IMG/VR virus record: IMGVR_UViG_3300048575_000380
Span: 1-46,907 of that record
DNA from: a virus
Taxonomy: Duplodnaviria; Caudoviricetes
DNA: 46,907 nt
Reading direction: 5' to 3' (one strand)
Shown: positions 17,661 through 26,594 of the stretch, in pieces
Position numbering within the stretch: the first letter of the stretch is position 1
How the letters are laid out: every line of letters starts with the position of its first letter
Translations under genes and position numbers: made by a program
Notes under the pieces: generated by a model
Seen by the model: the letters and a program-made list of their open reading frames with translations, nothing else
The model's database searches: none
What the model was told of the DNA's origin: nothing

Positions 17661-18217
17661 CGCTGCTGGTCGGCGATCAGGTGTTCCTGGGCTCGATCGA
17701 GGCCAAGAACCGCAAGAAGTTGCCGCTGGGCATCGGCGTGTACGCCGAGAACTTGGACACCCGGCGCAAGGACTTCAGGGGCCTGAGGGCCGCGACGCAC
17801 GTGCACACGCTGGTCAGCGAGACGGGACCGCTGCTGACCTCGCTGATCTACCCGCTGGAGTTTGGCGACGGCTTCAACGCGTCGAGCGACCTGCAGGAAG
17901 GCGACCTGTCGGAGGCGGCGGGCTCGATCAATGTCTCGACGGCGCTGGTGGCCGGCACGCTGGACGTGGTGATCGCCTATCAGACGCTCAAGGCCGAGGT
18001 TGAGGGGATCGATGTTTCGACGGACCTGGCGACCGGCGATCTGGTAACCGTCATCGCCTACCAGCAGATCAAGGCGGATCCCGATGGGATCGATGTTTCG
18101 ACGGACCTTGTGTCGGGCGACCTCACGACGGTCATCTCGTACGTGACGCACCGCGACCCGGCGGACGACGAAGGCGTCGACGTATCAACGGCCCTTGTGG
18201 GCGGGACACTCTCATGA
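17657..18217 (+). CDS. Tail protein: nozzle-like N-terminus fused to four G(I/V)(D/N)VST.L..G.L repeats (186 aa)
   Basis: GTG at 17657 overlaps the upstream stop; repeats of about 27-29 aa are visible. Confidence 0.7.
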   Translation: MTLLVGDQVFLGSIEAKNRKKLPLGIGVYAENLDTRRKDFRGLRAATHVHTLVSETGPLLTSLIYPLEFGDGFNASSDLQEGDLSEAAGSINVSTALVAGTLDVVIAYQTLKAEVEGIDVSTDLATGDLVTVIAYQQIKADPDGIDVSTDLVSGDLTTVISYVTHRDPADDEGVDVSTALVGGTLS

Positions 18218-20010
18218 ACGCGATTCAAATGCCCAAGGCCACGTTCGGCGGCCGCAAGAGGCTGCTGTTGCGCCGGCATGGCGAACTCATCTGGGACTCC
18301 GGGTGGACCGACAACCTGCTCACCAACGCTGGACTCAACGCCATGGGCCAGAGCGTCGAACTGCTGCGTTACTGCATGGTCGGCACGGGGAACGCCACGC
18401 CGGCCGTGACCGACACGACGCTGCAGGCGCAGATCGCAGTTAAGGATGGCGCCACGTCGTCATCGAGTGGCGTCGAGACTGCCGCCCCGCGGTTCGGCTG
18501 GGTGCGCAAGACGTTCGTGTTTCCACAAGGCGCTGTCGTCGGCAACCTCAATGAGGTCGGGGTCGGCTGGACATCGACAAGCGTGGCCTCGCGCTCGCTC
18601 ATCTCCCCGACGAAGAGCGTGATCGCGATCGACCAGCTCACCGTCATCTACGAGCTGCGGATGTACGTGCCGACCGGCAACTTCACCGGCTCGGTGACGA
18701 TCGGCGCGCGGACGTACAACTACACGATCAGAGCGTTCAACGCAGACGACGGCGACTATGGCGGCGCGGCATTTCAGTCCGGGTGGGCACCGAGAGTGGC
18801 GGTTCTGGGCGCGGGCGCGCGGGTGTGGAATGGCTACGGTGCTACGGTCTATGGCGCCCCTGCGGCCGTTCAGTCCAATGTCGGTCTGCCGCTGCCGATC
18901 AGGATGACGGATGGCGGCAACAGTTCTCCAGTTGACGGCGGCAACACCATGGGAACGGCGTCGAACGCCGCCTACGTCGACAACTCGCTGAGCTGTTCGT
19001 TCACGGTTTCGGCGGGCACCGGCAATTCCAACATTCGCGGCGGACTGGTGTGGATCCAGCAGACCAGCGGCACCGCGCAGAGCCTCAACGGCCTGACGGC
19101 TGGCGGCGGCCTCTTCGTTGCCGTCGGCGCAAGCGGCGTGATCCTCACGACGCCGGCCAATGAGACCATCATCGGGCAGGTGTGGACCTCGCGCACCTCC
19201 GGTGTGGCGACGGCGCTGAACGGCGTGGTCTACGGCGGCGGCCTCTTCGTTGCCGTCGGTGCTGGCGGCGTGATCCTCACCAGCCCCGATGCGATCACTT
19301 GGACATCTCGGACCAGCGGGACCGCGGCTAACCTCAATGGCGTGGTCTATGGTGGCGGGCTGTACGTCATCGTGGGCGCTGGCGGCGTCATCCTCACGAG
19401 TCCCGACGGCACGACGTGGACCTCTCGAACCAGCGGCACGGCGAACGACCTGCGCGCCGTGACCTACGGCGGAGCGGGCGGCGTCTATCTCGCGGTCGGC
19501 AACACCGGCACGATCCTGTCCAGCGGCGACGCCACGACGTGGGCCACGCGCACTTCGGGGACTTCGGCCAACTTGGTTTCAGCCGGCTTCCGCAACGACA
19601 TCTACCTTGTGGGGGGTGACACGAACGCCGTGCGCGTGAGCGTTGATGGAACCTCATGGGCGGCCTATGCGCTCGGGATCTCGGTGGCGCTGAATGGGTT
19701 CACGGGCATCAACGGCCGCATCTTCGCGTCGGCGACGCCGAGCGGTTACGCATTCCAGAGCGTAGACGGCACGAGCTGGACTTACGTGGCCCACGGCTAT
19801 GGCAGCAACGCGATCGCGAGCGCGGCCGATGTGATCGTGTCGGTGGGTGCAAGCGGTTCGATCGCGGCTGCGAGCGGCGGCGGTGTCATGGGCTTCTTCT
19901 ATTCCGGCATCTTCGGCAGTTATCAGTGCGTGCTCGACGGCGTGATCCCGAAGGACAACACGAAGAACCTCTCGCTGACGATCACGCAGTCCTGGGCTCG
20001 GAGGCCGTGA
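18214..20010 (+). CDS. Tail fibre / receptor-binding protein with an inserted beta-propeller
   Basis: W.DNLLTNAGL..YC.VGTG..TP..TDT.L N-domain; about 39-aa WTSRTSG...LNGV.YGGGLFVAVG..GVILTS repeats; C-terminal IPKD...SWAR. Confidence 0.8.
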   Translation: MNAIQMPKATFGGRKRLLLRRHGELIWDSGWTDNLLTNAGLNAMGQSVELLRYCMVGTGNATPAVTDTTLQAQIAVKDGATSSSSGVETAAPRFGWVRKTFVFPQGAVVGNLNEVGVGWTSTSVASRSLISPTKSVIAIDQLTVIYELRMYVPTGNFTGSVTIGARTYNYTIRAFNADDGDYGGAAFQSGWAPRVAVLGAGARVWNGYGATVYGAPAAVQSNVGLPLPIRMTDGGNSSPVDGGNTMGTASNAAYVDNSLSCSFTVSAGTGNSNIRGGLVWIQQTSGTAQSLNGLTAGGGLFVAVGASGVILTTPANETIIGQVWTSRTSGVATALNGVVYGGGLFVAVGAGGVILTSPDAITWTSRTSGTAANLNGVVYGGGLYVIVGAGGVILTSPDGTTWTSRTSGTANDLRAVTYGGAGGVYLAVGNTGTILSSGDATTWATRTSGTSANLVSAGFRNDIYLVGGDTNAVRVSVDGTSWAAYALGISVALNGFTGINGRIFASATPSGYAFQSVDGTSWTYVAHGYGSNAIASAADVIVSVGASGSIAAASGGGVMGFFYSGIFGSYQCVLDGVIPKDNTKNLSLTITQSWARRP

Positions 20011-20011
20011 C

Positions 20012-22087
20012 GTGGCGATGCCGCTGAATCAGTTCTCGCCCGACGCGGTGCCGGGCGCGTACTTGTCGCCGGATGGTCGCGCACGGTCATCGCTGATGGT
20101 GGACTACGAGCTGGGCGGCGTGGCGATCGGCGATCCGTCGCAGGGCCTGCAGGTGCGCGTGTGGGAGGCTCGCGCCGGCGCTGGCTTCATCGAGGTGCGG
20201 CCGGAATCTGGTGGCGCGTGGACCGCGGTGACAGGCGGGGCCAGCATCACCGAGATCTCCTTCTCGTTCGACCAGAACATGCGCCCGACGGTGGCCTACA
20301 TGGACGGCGGCGTCGCCAAGCACTACTGGTACAACGCGCTGACGGCCTCGTGGACTACGTCGGAGTACCCAGGCGCCACGTCCCCGGTCGTGCTGCTCGA
20401 CGACAAGCGGGACTGGCAGAGCGCGACGAGTGACGTGCTGCTGTTCTACCTGAAGGCCGGCCGCGTGATGCACCGCGTGCAGCGCGAGCGCTTCATGAAC
20501 GAGTACGACCTGGCAGCCGTGCCCGCCGGCAAGACCCGGATCGTGCGCTGTGGCATGACGGACGTGGGCCGGATCCAGCTCGAGTTCGGCGGTGACCCCG
20601 GCCCCGGTGAGACCGTGGGCGGCGCGCTGGTGCAGCAGAACTGGATCTACCGCATGGGCCGCGAGACGCCCAGCGACACGCAATGGTGGCTGTCGAGCGA
20701 GCACGATGGGGACGCGGCGCGTTCGCTGCTGGCCAGCGACCCTGACGAGCGGACCTACATCACCGGCGCCGGGTTCTCCAAGCCGGTTTACACCGACAAC
20801 ACCTTCCTGACCACGCCGCCATTCCCGAGCGGCAGCTACCAGCTTGGCATCCCGGCACCGGACGCCGGGATGGCCGTGGCGGTGCCAGACCCCACGGAGA
20901 CAGACCTCGTAGAGACGCGGGCCTACGTCAGCACCTTCGTGCGCGCGAACGGCGACGAAGGTCCCCCAGGGGAGGCCGTGATCGTGAGCTGCGCCGGTGC
21001 CGTCGCGGCCAGCATCAGCGGGCTGCCGGCCGTACCGGGCGGGAACTTCAGCAACATCGACCGGCGCCGCATCTACGTCAGCACCGGCGGCGACTTTCAG
21101 CGTGTGGCCGAGGTGAGCGTGGCCTCGACCACTGCCACCGACGACGGCACGACGCGCGGCGCGATCCTGCAGACCGGCGGATCCACCAGCAAGCCGGCTT
21201 GGCTGGAGCCGCCCGACGACGGCAAGGGCATCATCGAGCTGTGGGCCGGCATGCACGGCATGTGGCGCGGCAAGCAGTACATGACCTGCGTGCCCTACAA
21301 CCCGCACGGCTGGCCGTCGGAGTACCGGCGCCAGGTGCCGGACACCATCGTCGGCTCGGCAAAGTTCGGGCAGAACTGGGTGCTGGCGACCACGGGCATT
21401 CCGCGCTCGGTGACGGGCACTTCTCCTTCGGCGATGGTGGACTCGCCGATCTACTCCAGCCAGTCGTGCGTCAGCAAGCGCAGCGTGGTCGGCGTGGGTC
21501 ACGGGGTGTGCTGGGCCGGCCCGAAGGGGCTGAGCTACTACGGCCAGCGCGGCAGCTTCATGATGACCGAAGGCATCCTGACGCTGGAACAGTGGGAAGC
21601 GTTGATGCCCGAGACGCTGATCGGCGCGCACTGGGGCGCGTGGTACGTCGGCTTCTACAACGACGGTACCAAGCGAGCCGGCCTCATGATCAACACGCTC
21701 GACCCCAAGGGCGTGATCTGGCTGACGCAGGGCGCCTACGCGATCTTCAACGACCTGATCAACGGCGCGCTGTACCTGCTGGCAGAGGACAACGAGATCC
21801 TGAAGTGGGACACGGGCACGATCCTGCAGGCCACCTTCAAGAGCAAGGTCAAGCGCCACCCGCGCGCCACCAATCCGGGCGCAGCGCGCATCGTCGCCAC
21901 CGAGTACCCGGTGGAGTTCAGCCTGTGGGCTGACGGGCAGATCAAGGTCAACGCCAAAGTGGTCGGCAGCGACGATGCCTTCCGGCTGCCCAGCGGCTAC
22001 ACGGCCGAGGAGTTCCAGTACCAGATCCGGGGCGCCGGCCCGGCCGAGGGCGTGTTTGTCGGCGAGGAGATGGTCGACCTGCCATGA
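20012..22087 (+). CDS. Chimeric tail protein: DYELGG-type domain fused to the tail nozzle body
   Basis: N-terminal ~200 aa DYELGG.AIGDPSQGL...FDQNMRP; then IYRMGR...ERTYITG...LGIPAP...ETRAY...PHGWP.EY...SCVSKRS...FRLPSGY, typical of podovirus nozzle/stabilisation proteins. Confidence 0.7.
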   Translation: MAMPLNQFSPDAVPGAYLSPDGRARSSLMVDYELGGVAIGDPSQGLQVRVWEARAGAGFIEVRPESGGAWTAVTGGASITEISFSFDQNMRPTVAYMDGGVAKHYWYNALTASWTTSEYPGATSPVVLLDDKRDWQSATSDVLLFYLKAGRVMHRVQRERFMNEYDLAAVPAGKTRIVRCGMTDVGRIQLEFGGDPGPGETVGGALVQQNWIYRMGRETPSDTQWWLSSEHDGDAARSLLASDPDERTYITGAGFSKPVYTDNTFLTTPPFPSGSYQLGIPAPDAGMAVAVPDPTETDLVETRAYVSTFVRANGDEGPPGEAVIVSCAGAVAASISGLPAVPGGNFSNIDRRRIYVSTGGDFQRVAEVSVASTTATDDGTTRGAILQTGGSTSKPAWLEPPDDGKGIIELWAGMHGMWRGKQYMTCVPYNPHGWPSEYRRQVPDTIVGSAKFGQNWVLATTGIPRSVTGTSPSAMVDSPIYSSQSCVSKRSVVGVGHGVCWAGPKGLSYYGQRGSFMMTEGILTLEQWEALMPETLIGAHWGAWYVGFYNDGTKRAGLMINTLDPKGVIWLTQGAYAIFNDLINGALYLLAEDNEILKWDTGTILQATFKSKVKRHPRATNPGAARIVATEYPVEFSLWADGQIKVNAKVVGSDDAFRLPSGYTAEEFQYQIRGAGPAEGVFVGEEMVDLP

Positions 22088-23799
22088 CGACCTACTTCGG
22101 GGGCGAGCAGGTCTCGGAACTGGCGGCGCTGCCGCCCAACGCCGGGATCGACGAGATCCGCGAGTACCTGCTTCGCATGCACCAGTGGGTGCGAGCACGC
22201 GAGCCGGTGGGCGCCGGCGATTCGTTGTCGAAGTTCGTTCTGCGCGGCGAGCTGGTGAAGCTGGGGCTGGTGGCATACGAGTCGGGCGTGGCGGGCGCGG
22301 GCAATGCCTCGATCGCGCTGACGAAGATCGTCGTCACCGGCGGCGGTGGAGGCGGCGGTGCGGCGGCCGTGTTGCCGGCCATGGACCTGACGGCCTCGGG
22401 CGCGGAGTTCGCCTTCCCCAGCGTTGGCAGCACCACCAGCACCAGCCCGGCGATCCTGTTCACGGCCAGCCTGACGCTGGTGGCCGGGCGGGTGCGGTTC
22501 CACGCGGAAGCCTTCGGCGCCGACCATCGATCGCTGGGCTCCATCACCCTGACCGGCGTGTCGGCCACGTCGGCCACGCTGACCCCGGCGAACTTCGTGG
22601 GCGGCATGGGCACCAGCGTGCGCTACGTGCGCGTGACGGCGGCGCTGGGCGATCTGCGCAAGACGGCCATCGCCTACCGCAGCGACGCAGGTGACAAGGC
22701 GCTGATCCTGGACTTGACCCGCACCTGGCAACTGGTGCCGGCGGCCGGCGACGGCAGCAGCGGGGACTTCGGCGACGTGGGCGCGCTGGTGACGATGAAG
22801 CGCGGCGCGGCCGACGAGACGGCGGCGTGGTCCTTCGCCATGGTGGCGGACGGCTGCGCGGCGACCCTGAACAACGGCCCGGGCCCGGTGACGGGCGCGG
22901 CGCAGGTGGCGCTGTCGGTGCACGCGATGGCTGCCGACGTGGCGACGGTGAAGATCACGGCCACGCGGGCCGGCAACCCGGCGCAGTCGGTGGTCTTCCA
23001 CGCAGTGCGCGCGAGCCTGGGGGCCACGTCCGGCCTGCAGGTGGCCGAGGACGATCAGGACACGGTGCAGCTTCAGGTCGGGAAGCTGACGGTCTGCACG
23101 AGCGCATCTGATGTCGTCGCCACGCTGCCGCCAGCCACTGTGCCGGCCGGCTCGGTCGCGGGCGTGTTGTTCACGAACAGCTCGCTCTTGAACGAGGTCG
23201 ACCCCGGCGGGCAATTGCTGGACGAATCCACCGACAGCCAGGTGGTGGACCCCAGGGGCCGAGCGTTGACGTTCATCCGCCTCGGCGCCGCGTTTGGGTG
23301 GATCACCGTCCAGAACCACGGCGACTTCATCAGCGAGGCCTCCGCCAGCGTGGCCGGTGAAGTGGTGGTGTTCTCCGGCACCTCGGGCAAGCGCGGTACG
23401 CGCGCGACCGGCACCGGCTTCGCCAAGCTGACGGACGGCGTGCTGAGCACCGATGACGCTGCGACGGTGCGCAGCGATCTCGGCGAACGGGTGGTGGAGC
23501 TTGAGGACGGCGCCACGATCGACGTGGACGCGGCCCTCGCCAACAGCTTCCGCGTGACGCTGGGCGGCAACTGCACCTTGGCCGACCCGACGAACCTGCA
23601 CGACGGGCAGGTGCTGTACCTGCGCATCCAGCAAGACGGCACCGGATCGCGCACGCTGAGTTTTGGCGGCATGTACATGTTCGAGGGCGGCGTGGCGCCC
23701 ACGCTCTCGACCGCGGCCGGCGCGATGGACTTCATGGTCTGCCAGTACGACGCGGCGGACGACACGCTGATGTGCTTCCTGCTAGCGGCAATGGGATAG
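22084..23799 (+). CDS. Tail fibre/spike-like protein (571 aa)
   Basis: Follows the nozzle; Gly linker, beta-rich domains, C-terminal FRVTLGGN.TL..PTN...QQDGTGSRTL.F domain. Confidence 0.65.
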   Translation: MTTYFGGEQVSELAALPPNAGIDEIREYLLRMHQWVRAREPVGAGDSLSKFVLRGELVKLGLVAYESGVAGAGNASIALTKIVVTGGGGGGGAAAVLPAMDLTASGAEFAFPSVGSTTSTSPAILFTASLTLVAGRVRFHAEAFGADHRSLGSITLTGVSATSATLTPANFVGGMGTSVRYVRVTAALGDLRKTAIAYRSDAGDKALILDLTRTWQLVPAAGDGSSGDFGDVGALVTMKRGAADETAAWSFAMVADGCAATLNNGPGPVTGAAQVALSVHAMAADVATVKITATRAGNPAQSVVFHAVRASLGATSGLQVAEDDQDTVQLQVGKLTVCTSASDVVATLPPATVPAGSVAGVLFTNSSLLNEVDPGGQLLDESTDSQVVDPRGRALTFIRLGAAFGWITVQNHGDFISEASASVAGEVVVFSGTSGKRGTRATGTGFAKLTDGVLSTDDAATVRSDLGERVVELEDGATIDVDAALANSFRVTLGGNCTLADPTNLHDGQVLYLRIQQDGTGSRTLSFGGMYMFEGGVAPTLSTAAGAMDFMVCQYDAADDTLMCFLLAAMG

Positions 23800-23808
23800 G
23801 AGATCCGC

Positions 23809-25458
23809 ATGGCAATCAACACCAACCCCTTGCTTCCGTTCGAGCAAGACCTGTCGCCCGAGTTGCTGCAGCAGCTCTACGCGCTGACCAACGGGTGGCA
23901 GCCGGGGCAGGAAGCGCCAGGGGGCTACGAGGGTGAGTCCGGTTACCAGGCGGGCAAGCCGATCTGGAGCATGCCAGGCCAGTTCGGGCCCACGATCGAG
24001 TGGAAGCCCAACCAAGTGCAGGTCGGCACCGGCGACTCGACGAACTGGATCGACGATCCGTCCGGTGCTGGGGGGTGGACGATCTCCCAACCGCGGAACG
24101 TCAGTACTTGGGGCGGCAACGACGTTGCCGGCGCCTGGGACGCCCAAGGCAAGTGGCAGGGGTGGAACTCCGGCGCGACGGATGCGCGAGGGTTGGCCCG
24201 CTTGGCAGCCGCAAGCGCCGGCGCGTATTTTGGCGGCCAGGCGCTGGCGGGTGCTGGGGCCAGTGCTGGCGCAGCCGCGACCGGCGGCATGTCGGCATCG
24301 GAGCAGATCGCGTTCCTGGCTGCCAACGGGATGTCCGACGCCCAGATCATCGCCGCCTATCCGGAATTGGCCGCGGCGGGCGGTCTGACGGGCGTAACTG
24401 GCGGCGCCGCGGCTGCAGCAGGAGTAGGGCTTGGCGATGCCGCCAAGGCCGCCGGCAGCGCGGGAACTACCACTGGAACTGGTAGCACTGGCAGCAGCCT
24501 GTTCCAAGTCGGCGGCACACCTGTCACCGCGAGCGACTTGGCCAAGCTTGGTTCAGCCGCGGTCGGCGTGGCAGGCGCCGCCGGCGCCGTGTCCAGCGCC
24601 AGCCAGTCGACCGACACCTCGAAGTACGACCAGCTCTTCCAGAACCTGCTGACCGAGCAGCAGAAGATCAGCGGCCGCGGTGACGACCAGTGGGGCAATT
24701 ATCTCAGCACCTTCCGGCCGATCGAACAGAAGATGGCCGCGTCGGCGCTGAACTACGACACGCCGCAGCGCCGCGAGATGGCCGCCCAGCAGGCCATGGG
24801 CCAGGTGGCGAGCAGCTTCGACCAGCAGCGCCAGCAGGCCAATGAAGAGGCCATCCGCTACGGCATGGACCCGACGACGATCACGGCCATGGGCAACGCC
24901 AACCGGCTGGAAGAGGCCAAGGCCCAGGCCGGCGCGGCCAACACCGCCAGGACCAACGTCGAGAACAAGGGCTTGGAACTGGTGAGCAACGCGGCCAACT
25001 ACGGCCGCAACCTGGTGAACAGCAGCACGCAGCAGTCCAGCGTTGCCACCGGCACTGCGGGCACGGCGGCCGGGATCGCCAACTCGCAGGCCCAGATCGC
25101 CGCACAGAACCAGGCGAACAAGACCTCGATGTACAGCGACCTGCTGAACGCAGGGCTGACCGCCTACGGCATGTTCTCGTCGAGCAGAAAAACCAAGCAC
25201 GTCGGCAAGCGCGTGGAAGGTCTGGCTGCGATCAAGGCCATCGAGAAGTCGCCGGCCAATCACTGGCGCTACCGCGAGGGCGAGGGCGACGGCAACACCA
25301 AGGACCGCATGGGCCCAATGGCCGAGGACCTGGCGAAGGTGGCGCCGCAGGTCAGCGATGGCCGCACGGTGGATGGGCTAGCCCTGATCGGCCTGCAGCA
25401 CGCGGCCATCGGCAACTTGTCCAAGCGCGTGAAGCAACTTGAGAAAGAGGTGGCGTGA
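23809..25458 (+). CDS. Putative DNA-ejection protein with a C-terminal peptidase S74-like (intramolecular chaperone) domain
   Basis: AGGAG RBS; Gly/Ala/Gln-rich body; SSRKTK...WRY...GPMAEDL followed by a coiled coil. Confidence 0.7.
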   Translation: MAINTNPLLPFEQDLSPELLQQLYALTNGWQPGQEAPGGYEGESGYQAGKPIWSMPGQFGPTIEWKPNQVQVGTGDSTNWIDDPSGAGGWTISQPRNVSTWGGNDVAGAWDAQGKWQGWNSGATDARGLARLAAASAGAYFGGQALAGAGASAGAAATGGMSASEQIAFLAANGMSDAQIIAAYPELAAAGGLTGVTGGAAAAAGVGLGDAAKAAGSAGTTTGTGSTGSSLFQVGGTPVTASDLAKLGSAAVGVAGAAGAVSSASQSTDTSKYDQLFQNLLTEQQKISGRGDDQWGNYLSTFRPIEQKMAASALNYDTPQRREMAAQQAMGQVASSFDQQRQQANEEAIRYGMDPTTITAMGNANRLEEAKAQAGAANTARTNVENKGLELVSNAANYGRNLVNSSTQQSSVATGTAGTAAGIANSQAQIAAQNQANKTSMYSDLLNAGLTAYGMFSSSRKTKHVGKRVEGLAAIKAIEKSPANHWRYREGEGDGNTKDRMGPMAEDLAKVAPQVSDGRTVDGLALIGLQHAAIGNLSKRVKQLEKEVA

Positions 25459-26591
25459 TGGCCGGGATCGGGCTCACTAATGCGCTGCTGGGCTACCAGC
25501 AGGGGGTTGCTTGGAAGCAGCAGCAGGAAGAGATCGCGCGTCAGCGCGCGCAGCGCGAGGCCTTCGAGGCCGCCAACCGCGAGGGGCTTTCCGTCATCGA
25601 TCGGGCCAAGGAGCGCTGGGCAGCGGCCGGTGCGCCGGGCCAATTCAAGCCGGACGATGCGCTGATGTTTGAGGCCGCCGAGACCCGCGGCACGGCGTTG
25701 GCCAAAGCTGGCTTGTGGGACCAATTCATGTCCAACCAAGCCCAAGTGGCGCCGATGCGCCTGAAGGCGAGGGCGCAAGCGCTGCAGGAATACGACATGA
25801 CCGGCGACGCCGACAAGTTCATGCGCTCGATCTACCCCACCATGTCGGGCGGCAAGCGCATCGTCGGCAGCGAGCAGGTGGAGGGAGCCGATGCCGTCGC
25901 AGGCTTGGCAGCGATCCCGACGAAGACCACCTTCAAGTTCGACGACGGTACGACGCAGACCTTCACGAACGAGCAGATGCGCCAGCTCTACGGCCGCGTG
26001 AAGGCCTCGCTGGTGGACCCAGCGACCTCTGCCAGGAACGAGGCGCTGATGCAGATGGAGGAACTGAAGGCCCGTCTGGGGGCGCAGAAGGAAGCGCAGA
26101 TCGCGCAGGTCAAGGGCGAAGAGGCGCGCAAGACCGAAGACCTGAAGGGCGCAAACGCCCGAGGTCTTGAAGCCGTGAGGTTCGGCTACAACCAACAGAT
26201 TCACGGCATGGACAACGCCAGCCGCGAAAGGGCTGCCGCCGGCAACAATGCCGCCACCCTCGGCGCGGCAAACATTGGCGCTCAGTCCCGCTTGCAGGCC
26301 GCCACCATCAGGGCCGGTGAAGGCAAAGGCGGCACCGACAAGCGTGTCAAGTCGTTCAAGGACATCCACGATCAGGTCACCCGCATCATCGGCATGCCGC
26401 AGCAGGGCCTGATGGGCGGCAACAAGGTGTCCGACGAGCAAACCTTGCTGATTGCCAAGGGCGCGCAAGCCGTGATGAGCGATGATCCGAACATCGACGT
26501 TGGGACGGCCATCCAGAAGTCGATCGCCGAATGGAAGAAGCGCGGCGGCAAGCCGCGGCCAGTGCCGTTCGGGCAAACGCTTTCCGACTGA
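25458..26591 (+). CDS. Putative DNA-ejection / internal virion protein
   Basis: TGATG overlap; helical Ala/Gln/Lys-rich sequence in the ejection-gene position. Confidence 0.65.
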   Translation: MAGIGLTNALLGYQQGVAWKQQQEEIARQRAQREAFEAANREGLSVIDRAKERWAAAGAPGQFKPDDALMFEAAETRGTALAKAGLWDQFMSNQAQVAPMRLKARAQALQEYDMTGDADKFMRSIYPTMSGGKRIVGSEQVEGADAVAGLAAIPTKTTFKFDDGTTQTFTNEQMRQLYGRVKASLVDPATSARNEALMQMEELKARLGAQKEAQIAQVKGEEARKTEDLKGANARGLEAVRFGYNQQIHGMDNASRERAAAGNNAATLGAANIGAQSRLQAATIRAGEGKGGTDKRVKSFKDIHDQVTRIIGMPQQGLMGGNKVSDEQTLLIAKGAQAVMSDDPNIDVGTAIQKSIAEWKKRGGKPRPVPFGQTLSD

Positions 26592-26594
26592 GCG

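Noticed and set aside
18214-23799. Diversity-generating retroelement or invertible tail cassette
   Set aside because: No reverse transcriptase or invertase gene, and no adenine-specific TR/VR pair seen in the window.
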